Positions 38,672 to 49,968 of a stretch of 55,826 bases of DNA are shown here, piece after piece. Source of the DNA: Macrostomum lignano (taxonomy: Eukaryota). Every line of letters begins with the position of its first letter. The stretch's first letter is position 1. The stretch covers positions 1-55,826 of the forward strand of contig NIVC01004194.1 in the NCBI GenBank assembly GCA_002269645.1. The letters run 5' to 3'. A program made the position numbers and the translations under genes. Under the pieces are notes generated by a model, which made no database searches, was not told the DNA's origin, and was given only the letters and a program-made list of their open reading frames with translations.

Positions 38672-39309
38672 CAAACAACAGAAAAAGCAGACAAACTTCA
38701 CATGCCTACAGTTTCTTTTTCGGTTGAGTTACAGAGTTGAAACTTTACATTTAGATAGATAATGAGTCAATGAAGAATTGTGTCAAGTTTGAAGTCAATC
38801 GCTTTACGTGGAGCAAACTTATGGCAGCTGAAAGTTAGTCAATTTTGAAACCCCTTTTACACATCTGGGCCCAGATCGCGAAAGAGAGGCAGGCGGGCGG
38901 AGGTTGGGGTGGTTGCTACGCTAAAAAAACAGCCTAATTTTAAAAGTGCACAGCACCGCTCAGGATTAACTTTGAGACTCGAAATTTTACACGATTGTGC
39001 CAAAATAGTTGAAAATTGCCTGTGTCAAATTTGAAATAAATCGGTAGAAGTGGAGCGGCGCTATGGAGGATTTAGTAAAAAAATCGCGAATTTTGAGCAG
39101 TTTTTTGCACTTTTAGGTAGGAAGACTCAAATTTAGGAAATTAAAAGATAGCCTAAGACATTCTCCGTAGTGAGTTTAGGGTGGGTGTAAAATTTGGTGT
39201 TAGTTGGTTGAGTGGTTTGGGAGTCCATAGCGATCAAAATTGTCCACAGACACACAGACAGACAGACAGACAGACACACAGACAGAGTTTTGATTTTTAT
39301 AGTTAGAGA
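38672..39309 (-). mobile_element. Putative non-autonomous Helitron/HINE-like element
   Basis: The minus strand begins A|TCTCTAACTATAAAA followed by a (TCTG)n microsatellite, the 5' layout of Lep1/DINE-type rolling-circle elements. The body has repeated AAATTTGAA(A/G)TxAATCG-type motifs. The 3' end is not clearly defined. Confidence 0.4.
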
Positions 39310-39616
39310 TATAAAGAAACAAAAAATGAGGTGATAATGTCAGATTGACTTGGCATCAGATTGGAATGACTGTAGCAGTAGTAAGTGAAGCATATTCAAA
39401 TTATTTATACAGGTACTAGCTGAAAAAACTCAAAGACAGCACTTTTACTTTCAACAATACAATTTTATAAATACATCAATATGAATTTAAATAACGCCAT
39501 ACACCGGGAAAAATACACTGTGAATAACAGTATGCATTTCAGATAAAAGATAAATAAATAAAATTGAAATAAAATCAAATGCTTCACCCCTGAATATTTG
39601 CTGATGAATGCTATCA

Positions 39617-41580
39617 GAGTGTCCACTACCATCTCTGCAGTGTCCACTACCATCTCTGCAGTGTCCACTACCATCTCTGCAGTGTCCACTGCCATCACTG
39701 CAGTGTCCACTACCATCTCTGCAGTGTCCACTACCATCTCTGCAGTGTCCACTGCCATCTCTGCAGTGTCCACTACCATCTCTGCAGTGTCCACTGCCAT
39801 CTCTGCAGTGTCCACTACCATCTCTGCAGTGTCCACTACCATCTCTGCAGTGTCCACTGCCATCTCTGCAGTGTCCACTACCATCTCTGCAGTGTCCACT
39901 ACCATCTCTGCAGTGTCCACTACCATCTCTGCAGTGTCCACTACCATCTCTGCAGTGTCCACTACCATCTCTGCAGTGTCCACTACCATCTCTGCAGTGT
40001 CCACTACCATCTCTGCAGTGTCCACTAGCATCTCTGCAGTGTCCACTACCATCTCTGCAGTGTCCACTACCATCTCTGCAGTGTCCACTGCCATCTCTGC
40101 AGTGTCCACTACCATCTCTGCAGTGTCCACTACCATCTCTGCAGTGTCCACTACCATCTCTGCAGTGTCCACTACCATCTCTGCAGTGTCCACTGCCATC
40201 TCTGCAGTGTCCACTGCCATCTCTGCAGTGTCCACTGCCATCTCTGCAGTGTCCACTACCATCTCTGCAGTGTCCACTACCATCTCTGCAGTGTCCACTA
40301 CCATCTCTGCAGTGTCCACTACCATCTCTGCAGTGTCCACTGCCATCTCTGCAGTGTCCACTACCATCTCTGCAGTGTCCACTACCATCTCTGCAGTGTC
40401 CACTACCATCTCTGCAGTGTCCACTGCCATCTCTGCAGTGTCCACTACCATCTCTGCAGTGTCCACTACCATCTCTGCAGTGTCCACTGCCATCTCTGCA
40501 GTGTCCACTACCATCTCTGCAGTGTCCACTACCATCTCTGCAGTGTCCACTACCATCTCTGCAGTGTCCACTGCCATCTCTGCAGTGTCCACTACCATCT
40601 CTGCAGTGTCCACTACCATCTCTGCAGTGTCCACTACCATCTCTGCAGTGTCCACTACCATCTCTGCAGTGTCCACTACCATCTCTGCAGTGTCCACTGC
40701 CATCTCTGCAGTGTCCACTACCATCTCTGCAGTGTCCACTACCATCTCTGCAGTGTCCACTACCATCTCTGCAGTGTCCACTACCATCTCTGCAGTGTCC
40801 ACTACCATCTCTGCAGTGTCCACTACTATCTCTGCAGTGTCCACTACCATCTCTGCAGTGTCCACTGCCATCTCTGCAGTGTCCACTACCATCTCTGCAG
40901 TGTCCACTACCATCTCTGCAGTGTCCACTACCATCTCTGCAGTGTCCACTACCATCTCTGCAGTGTCCACTACCATCTCTGCAGTGTCCACTGCCATCTC
41001 TGCAGTGTCCACTGCCATCTCTGCAGTGTCCACTACCATCTCTGCAGTGTCCACTACCATCTCTGCAGTGTCCACTACCATCTCTGCAGTGTCCACTACC
41101 ATCTCTGCAGTGTCCATTACCATCTCTGCAGTGTCCACTACCATCTCTGCAGTGTCCACTACCATCTCTGCAGTGTCCACTACCATCTCTGCAGTGTCCA
41201 CTACCATCTCTGCAGTGTCCACTACCATCTCTGCAGTGTCCACTACCATCTCTGCAGTGTCCACTACCATCTCTGCAGTGTCCACTACCATCTCTGCAGT
41301 GTCCACTACCATCTCTGCAGTGTCCACTACCATCTCTGCAGTGTCCACTACCATCTCTGCAGTGTCCACTACCATCTCTGCAGTGTCCACTAGCATCTCT
41401 GCAGTGTCCACTAGCATCTCTGCAGTGTCCACTATCATCTCTGCAGTGTCCACTACCATCTCTGCAGTGTCCACTGCCATCTCTGCAGTGTCCACTACCA
41501 TCTCTGCAGTGTCCACTACCATCTCTGCAGTGTCCACTACCATCTCTGCAGTGTCCACTACCATCTCTGCAGTGTCCACC
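39617..41580. repeat. 21-bp minisatellite (TCTGCAGTGTCCACTACCATC), ~93 units
   Basis: Highly homogeneous; variants are concentrated at one triplet (TAC/TGC/TAG/TAT). Source of four >700-aa artefact ORFs. Confidence 0.98.
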
Positions 41581-41581
41581 A

Positions 41582-42391
41582 TCATTTCTGCTGTCCGGCC
41601 CCTCCCGGCCGCTGCTCTGGCAACGAGAAGGCGGCGTCCAGAGCCGACGCGGGCAGCGGCGCCAGCGGGGTGCACAGCCGGACACTGTCCAGAATGCCGG
41701 ACACTGCGTCCACTGTCCGAGCCACGTCTAGCCTGTTGGAGGCCAGCGCACTTCCGCCACCGCCGCCGCCGCTACCGACGACTCCGTTAAACACGAACGG
41801 CAGCTGAAGCGACTCGGCCGTTCTGGCCAAATCCGAGCGCAATCGGCGATAATCCGCACTCGAACTCGAGCCCGCTCGGTCCTCCAGCTCCGCAGCTCGC
41901 CTAGCCAGCTCCTCGGCCAGTTTCTTCCTCTCCGTGAGCAGCTCGCGCCTCGCCGCAACCTCCTCTAACAGGGCGCCGGTCCGACGTTCGACCAAATCGA
42001 ACAGTCGACGCCGCATCGCCTGGCAGGCCCGCTCGGCGTCGTCCCCGGCGGCCAGCTGCTCGCAGCAGTCGGCGCACAGGGTCAGCAGGCGGCGACGGAT
42101 ATCGGCAGTAGCGGCAGCTTCGCCGGCGCCGAATTCGGTGTCAGCGGCGCTCTGCCGCCGTTGGCTCATGAAATGCAGCAGGTGAAAATTCTTGGGCAGC
42201 CTGGCAGGCTGGCAGGCCGGGTGCAGCACCCGACAGCTGGGGCAGCGCAGCGAGCCGGACTTGGTGCCGTCAGACAGCAGCATCTGCTGCAGGCAGGCCA
42301 GGCAGTAGGTGTGCAGGCACGGCAGGGCTCGGGGGTCGCGCAGCTCTTCTAAGCAGATGCCGCATTCGAAATCTTTACCAGCGAGTTCCAT
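41582..42391 (-). CDS. RING-HC (TRIM-type) finger plus coiled-coil protein, probable E3 ligase, 269 aa, intronless
   Basis: ATG at 42391. ECGICLEELRDPRALPCLHTYCLACL...CPSCR...LPKNF is a complete C3HC4 RING of the TRIM type. It is followed by a helical Arg/Glu/Leu-rich segment. Confidence 0.8.
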   Translation of the reverse strand: MELAGKDFECGICLEELRDPRALPCLHTYCLACLQQMLLSDGTKSGSLRCPSCRVLHPACQPARLPKNFHLLHFMSQRRQSAADTEFGAGEAAATADIRRRLLTLCADCCEQLAAGDDAERACQAMRRRLFDLVERRTGALLEEVAARRELLTERKKLAEELARRAAELEDRAGSSSSADYRRLRSDLARTAESLQLPFVFNGVVGSGGGGGGSALASNRLDVARTVDAVSGILDSVRLCTPLAPLPASALDAAFSLPEQRPGGAGQQK

Positions 42392-42464
42392 AGGGCTGTC
42401 TGTAATGCGGAGTTGAATAAAAATAATAACATTGGCATTGTGCTACACTTGAGAAGCCATTCCC

Positions 42465-43275
42465 ACTATGCCAGTTTTAAGATGCAATTTTCTTGTGCCA
42501 GTTTTTCTTATGCCAGTTTAAGATGCCATTTTCCTTGCGCCAGTTTAAAATGCCATTTTCGTTATGAGAGTTTAAGATGCCATTTTCCTTATGCCAGATT
42601 CAAGATTCCATTTTCCTTATGCCAGATTCAAGATGCCATTTTCCTTATGCCAGTTTAAGATGCCATTTTCCTTATGCCAGATTCAAGATGCCATTTTCCT
42701 TATGTCAGTTTAAGATGCCATTTTCCTTATGTCAGTTTAAGATGCCATTTTCCTTATGCCAGTTTAAGATGCCATTTTCCTTATGTCAGTTTAAGATGCC
42801 ATTTTCCTTATGTCAGTTTAAGATGCCATTTTCCTTATGCCAGTTTAAGATGCCATTTTCCTTATGTCAGTTTAAGATGCCATTTTCCTTATGCCAGATT
42901 CAAGATGCCATTTTCCTTATGTCAGTTTAAGATGCCATTTTCCTTATGTCAGTTTAAGATGCCATTTTCCTTGTGCCAGTTTAAGATGCCATTTTCCTTG
43001 TGCCAGTTTAAGATGCCATTTTCCTTGTGCCAGTTTAAGATGCCATTTTCCTTGTGCCAGTTTAAGATGCCATTTTCCTTGTGCCAGTTTAAGATGCCAT
43101 TTTCCTTATGTCAGTTTAAGATGCCATTTTCCTTATGTCAGTTTAAGATGCCATTCTCATTATGCCAGTTTAAGATGCCATTTTCCTTATGCCAGTTTAA
43201 GATGCCATTTTCCTTATGCCAGTTTAAGATGCCATTTTTCTTATGCCAGTTTAAGATGCCATTTTCTTTATGCAA
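42465..43275. repeat. 27-bp minisatellite (GCCAGTTTAAGATGCCATTTTCCTTAT)
   Basis: About 30 units just upstream of the RING gene. Confidence 0.95.
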
Positions 43276-43849
43276 TTTTCATTAGACCATCTCACTTTTC
43301 TCAGCCTATGACTACACACACGACCAAATTTAAAAATATCAAATACAGAAAGAACAAAAACGTTAGAAAGCGTCTTAGTTTGATAACTGTAATAATAATA
43401 TTCATAGAAAGCAACAACAAACTCGAATACTAATAAAAGGATCAATCAGTTAAACGAATGATGACGCTCTGCGAATTTCTCTGTGCTAGAGACAAAAACA
43501 TTAATCAAAAAAGCAAATTAAGAGATTCGCTGGCAATAAATCGAAAAAGAATATTGAAATCCACAGCTATAAGTACGATAGTTAAAAGATAAACAAAAAA
43601 CTGATTTATTCAGATGATTTCAACCTAGCAAAATGGAACATGAAAATACATTAAACAGCCTTACACTATATAGTGGCAATAAAAAGAAAGTTAAATAGAC
43701 ATCAAATATACAAATGCCTTGATTTTGCTTTAATCTTGCATGAAGATCTTAAAGCACAAGACCTAACTAACATATTCTAATATAATCACAGATTGAACCA
43801 GATATTAATCTTCAGAAATTAATCATACACAAAAACATGGATTTCATAT

Positions 43850-44275
43850 TCCAATTTGAAATCGCATATCCCACTCTACAATTCCATATCCCAATCTTAA
43901 ATCCCATATCCCACTCTCAAATCCCATTATCCCAATACCAAATCTCAATCTCAAATCCCATATCCCACTCTCAAATCCCACATCCCACTCTCAAATCCCA
44001 CATCCCACTCTCAAATCCCATTATCCCAATACCAAATCTCAATCTCAAATCCCATATCCCACTCTCAAATCCCACATCCCACTCTCAAATCCCACATCCC
44101 ACTATCAAATCCCATATCTCAATTATAAATCCCATATCCCAATCATAAATCCCATATCCCACTCTCAAATCCCATATCCCACTCTCATATCCCACATCAT
44201 ACTATCAAATCCCATATCCCACTCTCAAATCCCACATCCCCCTCTCAATCCCATATCCCAATCATCTCAAATCCC
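43850..44275. repeat. ~20-bp minisatellite (TCCCATATCCCACTCTCAAA)
   Basis: Abuts the stop codon of the KDELR-like gene. Confidence 0.9.
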
Positions 44276-44276
44276 A

Positions 44277-46270
44277 CTACGCGCAGCTTCGATGCGAGGC
44301 AGCGGCAGCCGCCCTCACCCGCCTATCAGCCCGATAATAAACCCGGCAAAAGTCCAGCAGCAGCAGGGTCTGCAAGCAGCCGGCCGCAGCCTCCAGACTG
44401 TCTGGCAGGGCGATGCCGATTGGCGCGCTGTGGGGGGATCCGCCGAACAGCCGGCGCAGCTCCATCAGCGAGTGCGCACCGTGACAGGCGCGGTAAGCCA
44501 GCAAAGCCAGCAGGTAGCGCGGCCTGAGCACGCTGAGCAGACGCGAACTGGAGGCCGCAGCTTCAGAGTCCTCAGTCTGGGCAGAGTAGAGGAACAGCTG
44601 CGGCAGCAGCGCCAGCGATTCAAGGTAGACGCCGAAGGAGCGCAACAGCTCAGCCGGGGTGAACTCGCGACAGGCCAACGCGGCCAGGCCGGCCGACGGT
44701 ACGGCTAGGAGGGCCGAGGCGAACTGCCTCAACAGCAGCGGGCCGGAGGCAGCCGCGATGGCGCGCTGCTGGGAGATCACCTGGAGAGATCGGTTGAGTA
44801 CAGTACGGTTAGTCCAGTCAGTCAGTCAGTCAGTCAGTCAGTCAGTCAGTCAGTCAGTCAGTCAGTCAGTCAGTCAGTCAGTCAGTCAGTCAGTCAGTCA
44901 GTCAGTCAGTCAGTCAGTCAGTCAGTCAGTCAGTCAGTCAGTCAGTCAGTCAGTCAGTCAGTCAGTCAGTCAGTCAGTCAGTCAGTCAGTCAGTCAGTCA
45001 GTCAGTCAGTCAGTCAGTCAGTCAGTCAGTCAGTCAGTCAGTCAGTCAGTCAGTCAGTCAGTCAGTCAGTCAGTCAGTCAGTCAGTCAGTCAGTCAGTCA
45101 GTCAGTCAGTCAGTCAGTCAGTCAGTCAGTCAGTCAGTCAGTCAGTCAGTCAGTCAGTCAGTCAGTCAGTCAGTCAGTCAGTCAGTCAGTCAGTCAGTCA
45201 GTCAGTCAGTCAGTCAGTCAGTCAGTCAGTCAGTCAGTCAGTCAGTCAGTCAGTCAGTCAGTCAGTCAGTCAGTCAGTCAGTCAGTCAGTCAGTCAGTCA
45301 GTCAGTCAGTCAGTCAGTCAGTCAGTCAGTCAGTCAGTCAGTCAGTCAGTCAGTCAGTCAGTCAGTCAGTCAGTCAGTCAGTCAGTCAGTCAGTCAGTCA
45401 GTCAGTCAGTCAGTCAGTCAGTCAGTCAGTCAGTCAGTCAGTCAGTCAGTCAGTCAGTCAGTCAGTCAGTCAGTCAGTCAGTCAGTCAGTCAGTCAGTCA
45501 GTCAGTCAGTCAGTCAGTCAGTCAGTCAGTCAGTCAGTCAGTCAGTCAGTCAGTCAGTCAGTCAGTCAGTCAGTCAGTCAGTCAGTCAGTCAGTCAGTCA
45601 GTCAGTCAGTCAGTCAGTCAGTCAGTCAGTCAGTCAGTCAGTCAGTCAGTCAGTCAGTCAGTCAGTCAGTCAGTCAGTCAGTCAGTCAGTCAGTCAGTCA
45701 GTCAGTCAGTCAGTCAGTCAGTCAGTCAGTCAGTCAGTCAGTCAGTCAGTCAGTCAGTCAGTCAGTCAGTCAGTCAGTCAGTCAGTCAGTCAGTCAGTCA
45801 GTCAGTCAGTCAGTCAGTCAGTCAGTCAGTCAGTCAGTCAGTCAGTCAGTCAGTCAGTCAGTCAGTCAGTCAGTCAGTCAGTCAGTCAGTCAGTCAGTCA
45901 GTCAGTCAGTCAGTCAGTCAGTCAGTCAGTCAGTCAGTCAGTCAGTCAGTCGTTTTCACCGAAAAACACCGTTTTCTAATTGCTAATTTCCGCTACCAAC
46001 CTGAAGAGCGACCATCCACACGAGCATCACAGTCAGCAGTTCCACTGCACTGGCCGCCACTACCGCAGCATCTGCTGGCCATCCGTGGCAGCAGCAGCAA
46101 CTGCTGCGGGCAGTCAGCGCCGCTGCCAGCAAAATCTGCGAATTAACCGACAGTCCCAAGGCCGAGCGAGTGCCGGGGCATCGCCGCAGGCTGGAGCAGA
46201 GCAGGCCCAATGAGCACAGTTGGCACAGGTTGCCGGCTATGCGCAGAGGCTCATCCTCTCTGCTGCACAT
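44277..46270 (-). CDS. Divergent ER lumen protein-retaining receptor (KDELR/ERD2 family) paralogue, 2 exons
   Basis: Exon 1 46270-46001 (MCSREDEPLRIAGNLCQL...RSALGLSVNSQILLAAALTARS...MVALQ; donor GTTGGT, phase 0). Exon 2 44780-44277 (CTCTCCAG acceptor; EFTPAELLRSFGVYLESLALLPQLF...YLLALLAYR...AGCLQTLLLLDF). Collinear with KDELR (FRLTGDLSHL; RSCAGISGKSQLLF...TTRY; [37 protein letters not shown].DF). Confidence 0.85.
44815..45951. repeat. Perfect (CAGT)n microsatellite, ~284 units
   Basis: No interruption seen over ~1.14 kb; fills the KDELR-like intron. Confidence 0.97.
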
Positions 46271-47232
46271 CCCGCTGAGACTAGCTTGCTCAGCTGCACT
46301 GAGCCTGCTGTTGTGAGCAACTGCTCCAATATGGCATGAGAAGACAAGAAGTAGAGATATCTCAATTGAGAGTAGAAAGGGATAAAGGGAGAGTAGAAAG
46401 GGATAAAGGGGAGAGAAGAAAGAGATAAAAGGGATAAAAGGGAGAGTTACTATAAATAATAGTAAACTTAAAATACATTTTTTTACAACTAAGATTATCT
46501 AGATAAAACCTAATATATCAATAAGACATTTTTAATTTTCAATGCACTATAGCTAGGCTAACCTATTTTATTAGAACTTTTAATTAATTAATTAATTAAT
46601 AACTAATACTAATAAATAGCCAAGCCAAAAAACCTAGTCAATTAAGCCTAGCATAATAACAATAGGTTTAGACTATATCTATTAGTATTGATAGAAATTT
46701 TAACTTGCAATAACTAACAAAAATTTGGTTGGCCATGTGACTTAGTTTTAACAAAAATGCGACATAGTTTTTGGCCAAAAATGCAATTTACATGTAAAAA
46801 AACCAAAAGCAAAATTAATGCAACTTTGGGTAAATGGGAGGAGTAACTAGGAGTTTACTTATTAAGTAAAAATGCCTCGTCAGCTACTTAGTACTATTAC
46901 TTTGGTATTTTTTTGGGTGGGCATTTTTGCAACTTCTTTGATTGGCTGCCAAATTGGTCAGCCGGATTTGCCGACTTGGCCAACTATTGCGCATGTATGA
47001 TAGCTAAGAATATCATTATTTTTCATAAAATAATTAAACATACAAAACTAGAGGATTGCTGGTCTTTGCTTGAGATTTGAAATTAATATGAAATCTAGAT
47101 ATAGATCCAGAAAATTTTAAATGGGAAACACAGATTATTAAAGTACATATATATATGCCCCATTAAATTAGAATTTTTCTTTTTTTAATAAAAAATACAT
47201 TATTGCATACATTGTTGTAGGGATATTGTATG

Positions 47233-47339
47233 AGCACAGGGCACATGCCCCATTGAATTAGAATTTTTCTTTTTTAATAAAAAATACATTATTGTATACA
47301 TAGAAAAATTCTAATTCAATGGGGCATGTGCCCTGTGCT
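47233..47339. repeat. Perfect 38-bp inverted repeat with a 31-nt loop
   Basis: 47233-47270 (AGCACAGGGCACATGCCCCATTGAATTAGAATTTTTCT) is the exact reverse complement of 47302-47339. Confidence 0.9.
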
Positions 47340-48521
47340 GTGCGCCTCTTCCCTAAATCTGCCACTGATGAAGACTACAATCCATTCATGGCCATGATAG
47401 GCATGTTTCATTCTTTTATTCATATACTGGTACATTAGGCTAGGGGCCTATATTTGTAAAATGGCCAAAATAATTTTCTTAGATAAGCTATGCTGTCCAG
47501 CTGCAGCTGTGGCCTGTGGTAGGCTGCTGGGTCCCAATATTATAGCCTAGTACTAGTACTACCACTACTAGTAGTTAAGTAGTAGTAGTAGGTATGGAAC
47601 AATTATATACAATAACAATGGTGGACCCATGGAGACCCCTGATGCTTTTGCATGAAACAAAATGTTTCGGCCTAAGCAAACAGGATTCTATTAAAATGAC
47701 TAATAATTAAGGTGCAGGGCTATACTGTTGATTATATTATCGCTACTTGTACTAGCTAGTCCTAAATTTGATAACGCTCACTTCTATTCTAGGAATCTTT
47801 CAGTCAAACAGCAGTTAAATATGTGGCAAATATGAGCAAAAAAACAAATGCTTGTTTTGTCACTGCTGTTAAATGTTTGTAAAAGCAAAAAATTTCACAA
47901 AATTGTTAAATATATTTTATTTTCAATAGCTTTAGCTAGTTGTAGTTATTAGGATTTAACATCCGACATGAATAAAAGCCGAGGCTGTTGCCCACAGGAC
48001 CCGGGTCCTGCACGCAATGGCGTGGTGAACTATCTGTGCAGTATGAGACTGGTATGGCCTCTATCACGGCCAGCGATGCTCACACCTACCTCCCCTGGCG
48101 GGCTGATAGCTCAAGAGACTCTGTCTCCTGATTTTCACCTTGCAAGGCGCACTTCGAAGGGTACTCGTCCCGTGGGTGTTAAGGCAGGCCTTCCTGGGCC
48201 TTGCAGAGCTGATTCGTTGGTGCCGGGTCCTGGTGTGACCATATAAACGCACCCTCTAATGTCCCAGAGTAACTCCGTGCTGATGGACGCTTGGCCAGGG
48301 AGTAGTCTGGTCGCTAACGGTTCCCCTTGCGCTTTTGGGTCCCCCGCAGGGTGGTATTTTGCTTTTTGGGGGCCTGCCGCTTGGTTTGGGGTTGCGACCT
48401 TGCGGCTCTTTGCCTGTGTTCTGCAGAAAGTTCCATCTTTTTACTTCCAGCCAATGGCTTCTAGCAACCGGCTTCTGCAACCGGCTGTGGATGACACAGT
48501 GCCTCCGGCCTCGGCGGGGCC

Positions 48522-49772
48522 GTGGACTCCGCGGCCATACCACCTGCTACCATCGGGGACGCCTCGGCGAGACCCGTAGAGCCAACTTTGAGCGGTGCCT
48601 CCAACAAGACACCGGCTACTCCAGCTGCCAAGCAGCTGAGCACCACCTCTGGAGCTGCCCGCCGTCGACTTAACAAGGCGAGGCGGGCCAAGGAGGGCGG
48701 AAGCCTAACCGGCGCCAGGGGCCAACGGCCCGCGGCAGTGGAAGCTTCCCAATCTGGGGCGGTGGCGGAAGAGGGCCTCGAGCCCACTGAAGTCCCTGCC
48801 CAGGATAGGGAGGCCGATGCAGCCGGGAGGGTGGACAGCCCACTTGAAGAAGGCTCCACCGACCCCCGGGCCTCCTACGCTGATGCGGCAAAGAGGCAAC
48901 CGGCGGTTGTCATTCTGGGGAAGGACGCGCGCCTGTCCCCCGACCAGCTGAAGCAGGTGAGAGGTACCGTTGATGGCCTCCTGTGGAAGCAAACTCTGAA
49001 GGGCACGCCTCTGAACATTCATTCGAATGCGACGAGGGACTCGTGCCTTCTCATTTGGCCCAGTGATGCTGACTCGGGTCGGCGGCTCCTTGAGCTGCTG
49101 CCCGAGCAGAGCTGGGACCTCAATTTAGCCTTCTGCAGAGAGGACGAGCACCCCCGGACCAAGAGGCATCGAATCTGGGTTCCGGCCAGGAGCGTCGTTA
49201 CCTCTGCTGACGAGCTCCGGAAAGGACTGCTAGCAGTCAACCGAGAGCTTCCCGCCGCGGGCCTAGTGGTGCATGACACCCTTAAGCGCACCGACGGCAC
49301 TGGCTTCACAGCCATCCTGGGGCTATCGGACGCCTGGATGAGGCGCTATCCACACGGCAGCTTCGTCAACGTCGGCCTTTGGAAGCTGCGCATCCGCTCC
49401 TATGAGGCCGACCCTCCCCGTGGCAGTGAGCAGGGCGGGCGGGATGCGGAGGCGGCCGGGGCAGAGGCGGGAGCTTCTGCTCCGGCTGCCAAAGCAAACC
49501 GCCCCGCCCGGCAGCACGGCCGCGCGGGTAAAGCTGAACGCGCTGCTGAGGGCGGAGGTGACCGACGCCCGACGCGCAGCACCAAGCGGCGCGGCCTGAA
49601 CCAGCGCGCAGCTGAGGCAGTTCGTACCGCCAAAATCACCCAGCTGAGGCGAGAGTTCGTCCAGGGAGGGTGGGGACGTCCCAGCTGGGCCCAACCCCTC
49701 GGGGCAGGGCCGACTGGAGACGGACCCGCCTGCCCAGGCGGCTGGCTGCTCCAGGGCATTGGGCCAGTCTGA
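48522..49772 (+). CDS. LINE ORF1 (gag-like, DUF4780-type) protein
   Basis: 416-codon ORF at the ORF1 position with a basic segment (ARRRLNKARRAKE), SYADAAK and a central globular region. Start codon uncertain (GTG in the track). Confidence 0.65.
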   Translation: MDSAAIPPATIGDASARPVEPTLSGASNKTPATPAAKQLSTTSGAARRRLNKARRAKEGGSLTGARGQRPAAVEASQSGAVAEEGLEPTEVPAQDREADAAGRVDSPLEEGSTDPRASYADAAKRQPAVVILGKDARLSPDQLKQVRGTVDGLLWKQTLKGTPLNIHSNATRDSCLLIWPSDADSGRRLLELLPEQSWDLNLAFCREDEHPRTKRHRIWVPARSVVTSADELRKGLLAVNRELPAAGLVVHDTLKRTDGTGFTAILGLSDAWMRRYPHGSFVNVGLWKLRIRSYEADPPRGSEQGGRDAEAAGAEAGASAPAAKANRPARQHGRAGKAERAAEGGGDRRPTRSTKRRGLNQRAAEAVRTAKITQLRREFVQGGWGRPSWAQPLGAGPTGDGPACPGGWLLQGIGPV

Positions 49773-49968
49773 AGCGGAGGACCCCGTGGCCGGTGGGCGA
49801 AGGGCGGCGAACGCTGCCTATTGCCTTCCGACCAATCGGGGGCCTTTTGCTGAAGAGGAGCCTATGGACACCGGCGACCCCGGCCCGAAGCTGGTGAGCG
49901 CCGAGGAGGAGGAGGAACTCCTGGCGACTGCAACACCCGATCTGCACTGAGGCCAGCGGCTACCTGGT

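Noticed and set aside
39465-41790. Four ORFs of 707-736 aa (VDTAEM, GHCRDGS, STTISAV and LQCPLPS repeats)
   Set aside because: They are translations of one 21-bp minisatellite, open on both strands, with no unique coding sequence or splice context.
44659-46146. 495-aa SQSV ORF
   Set aside because: Translation of the (CAGT)n tract, antisense to the KDELR-like gene.
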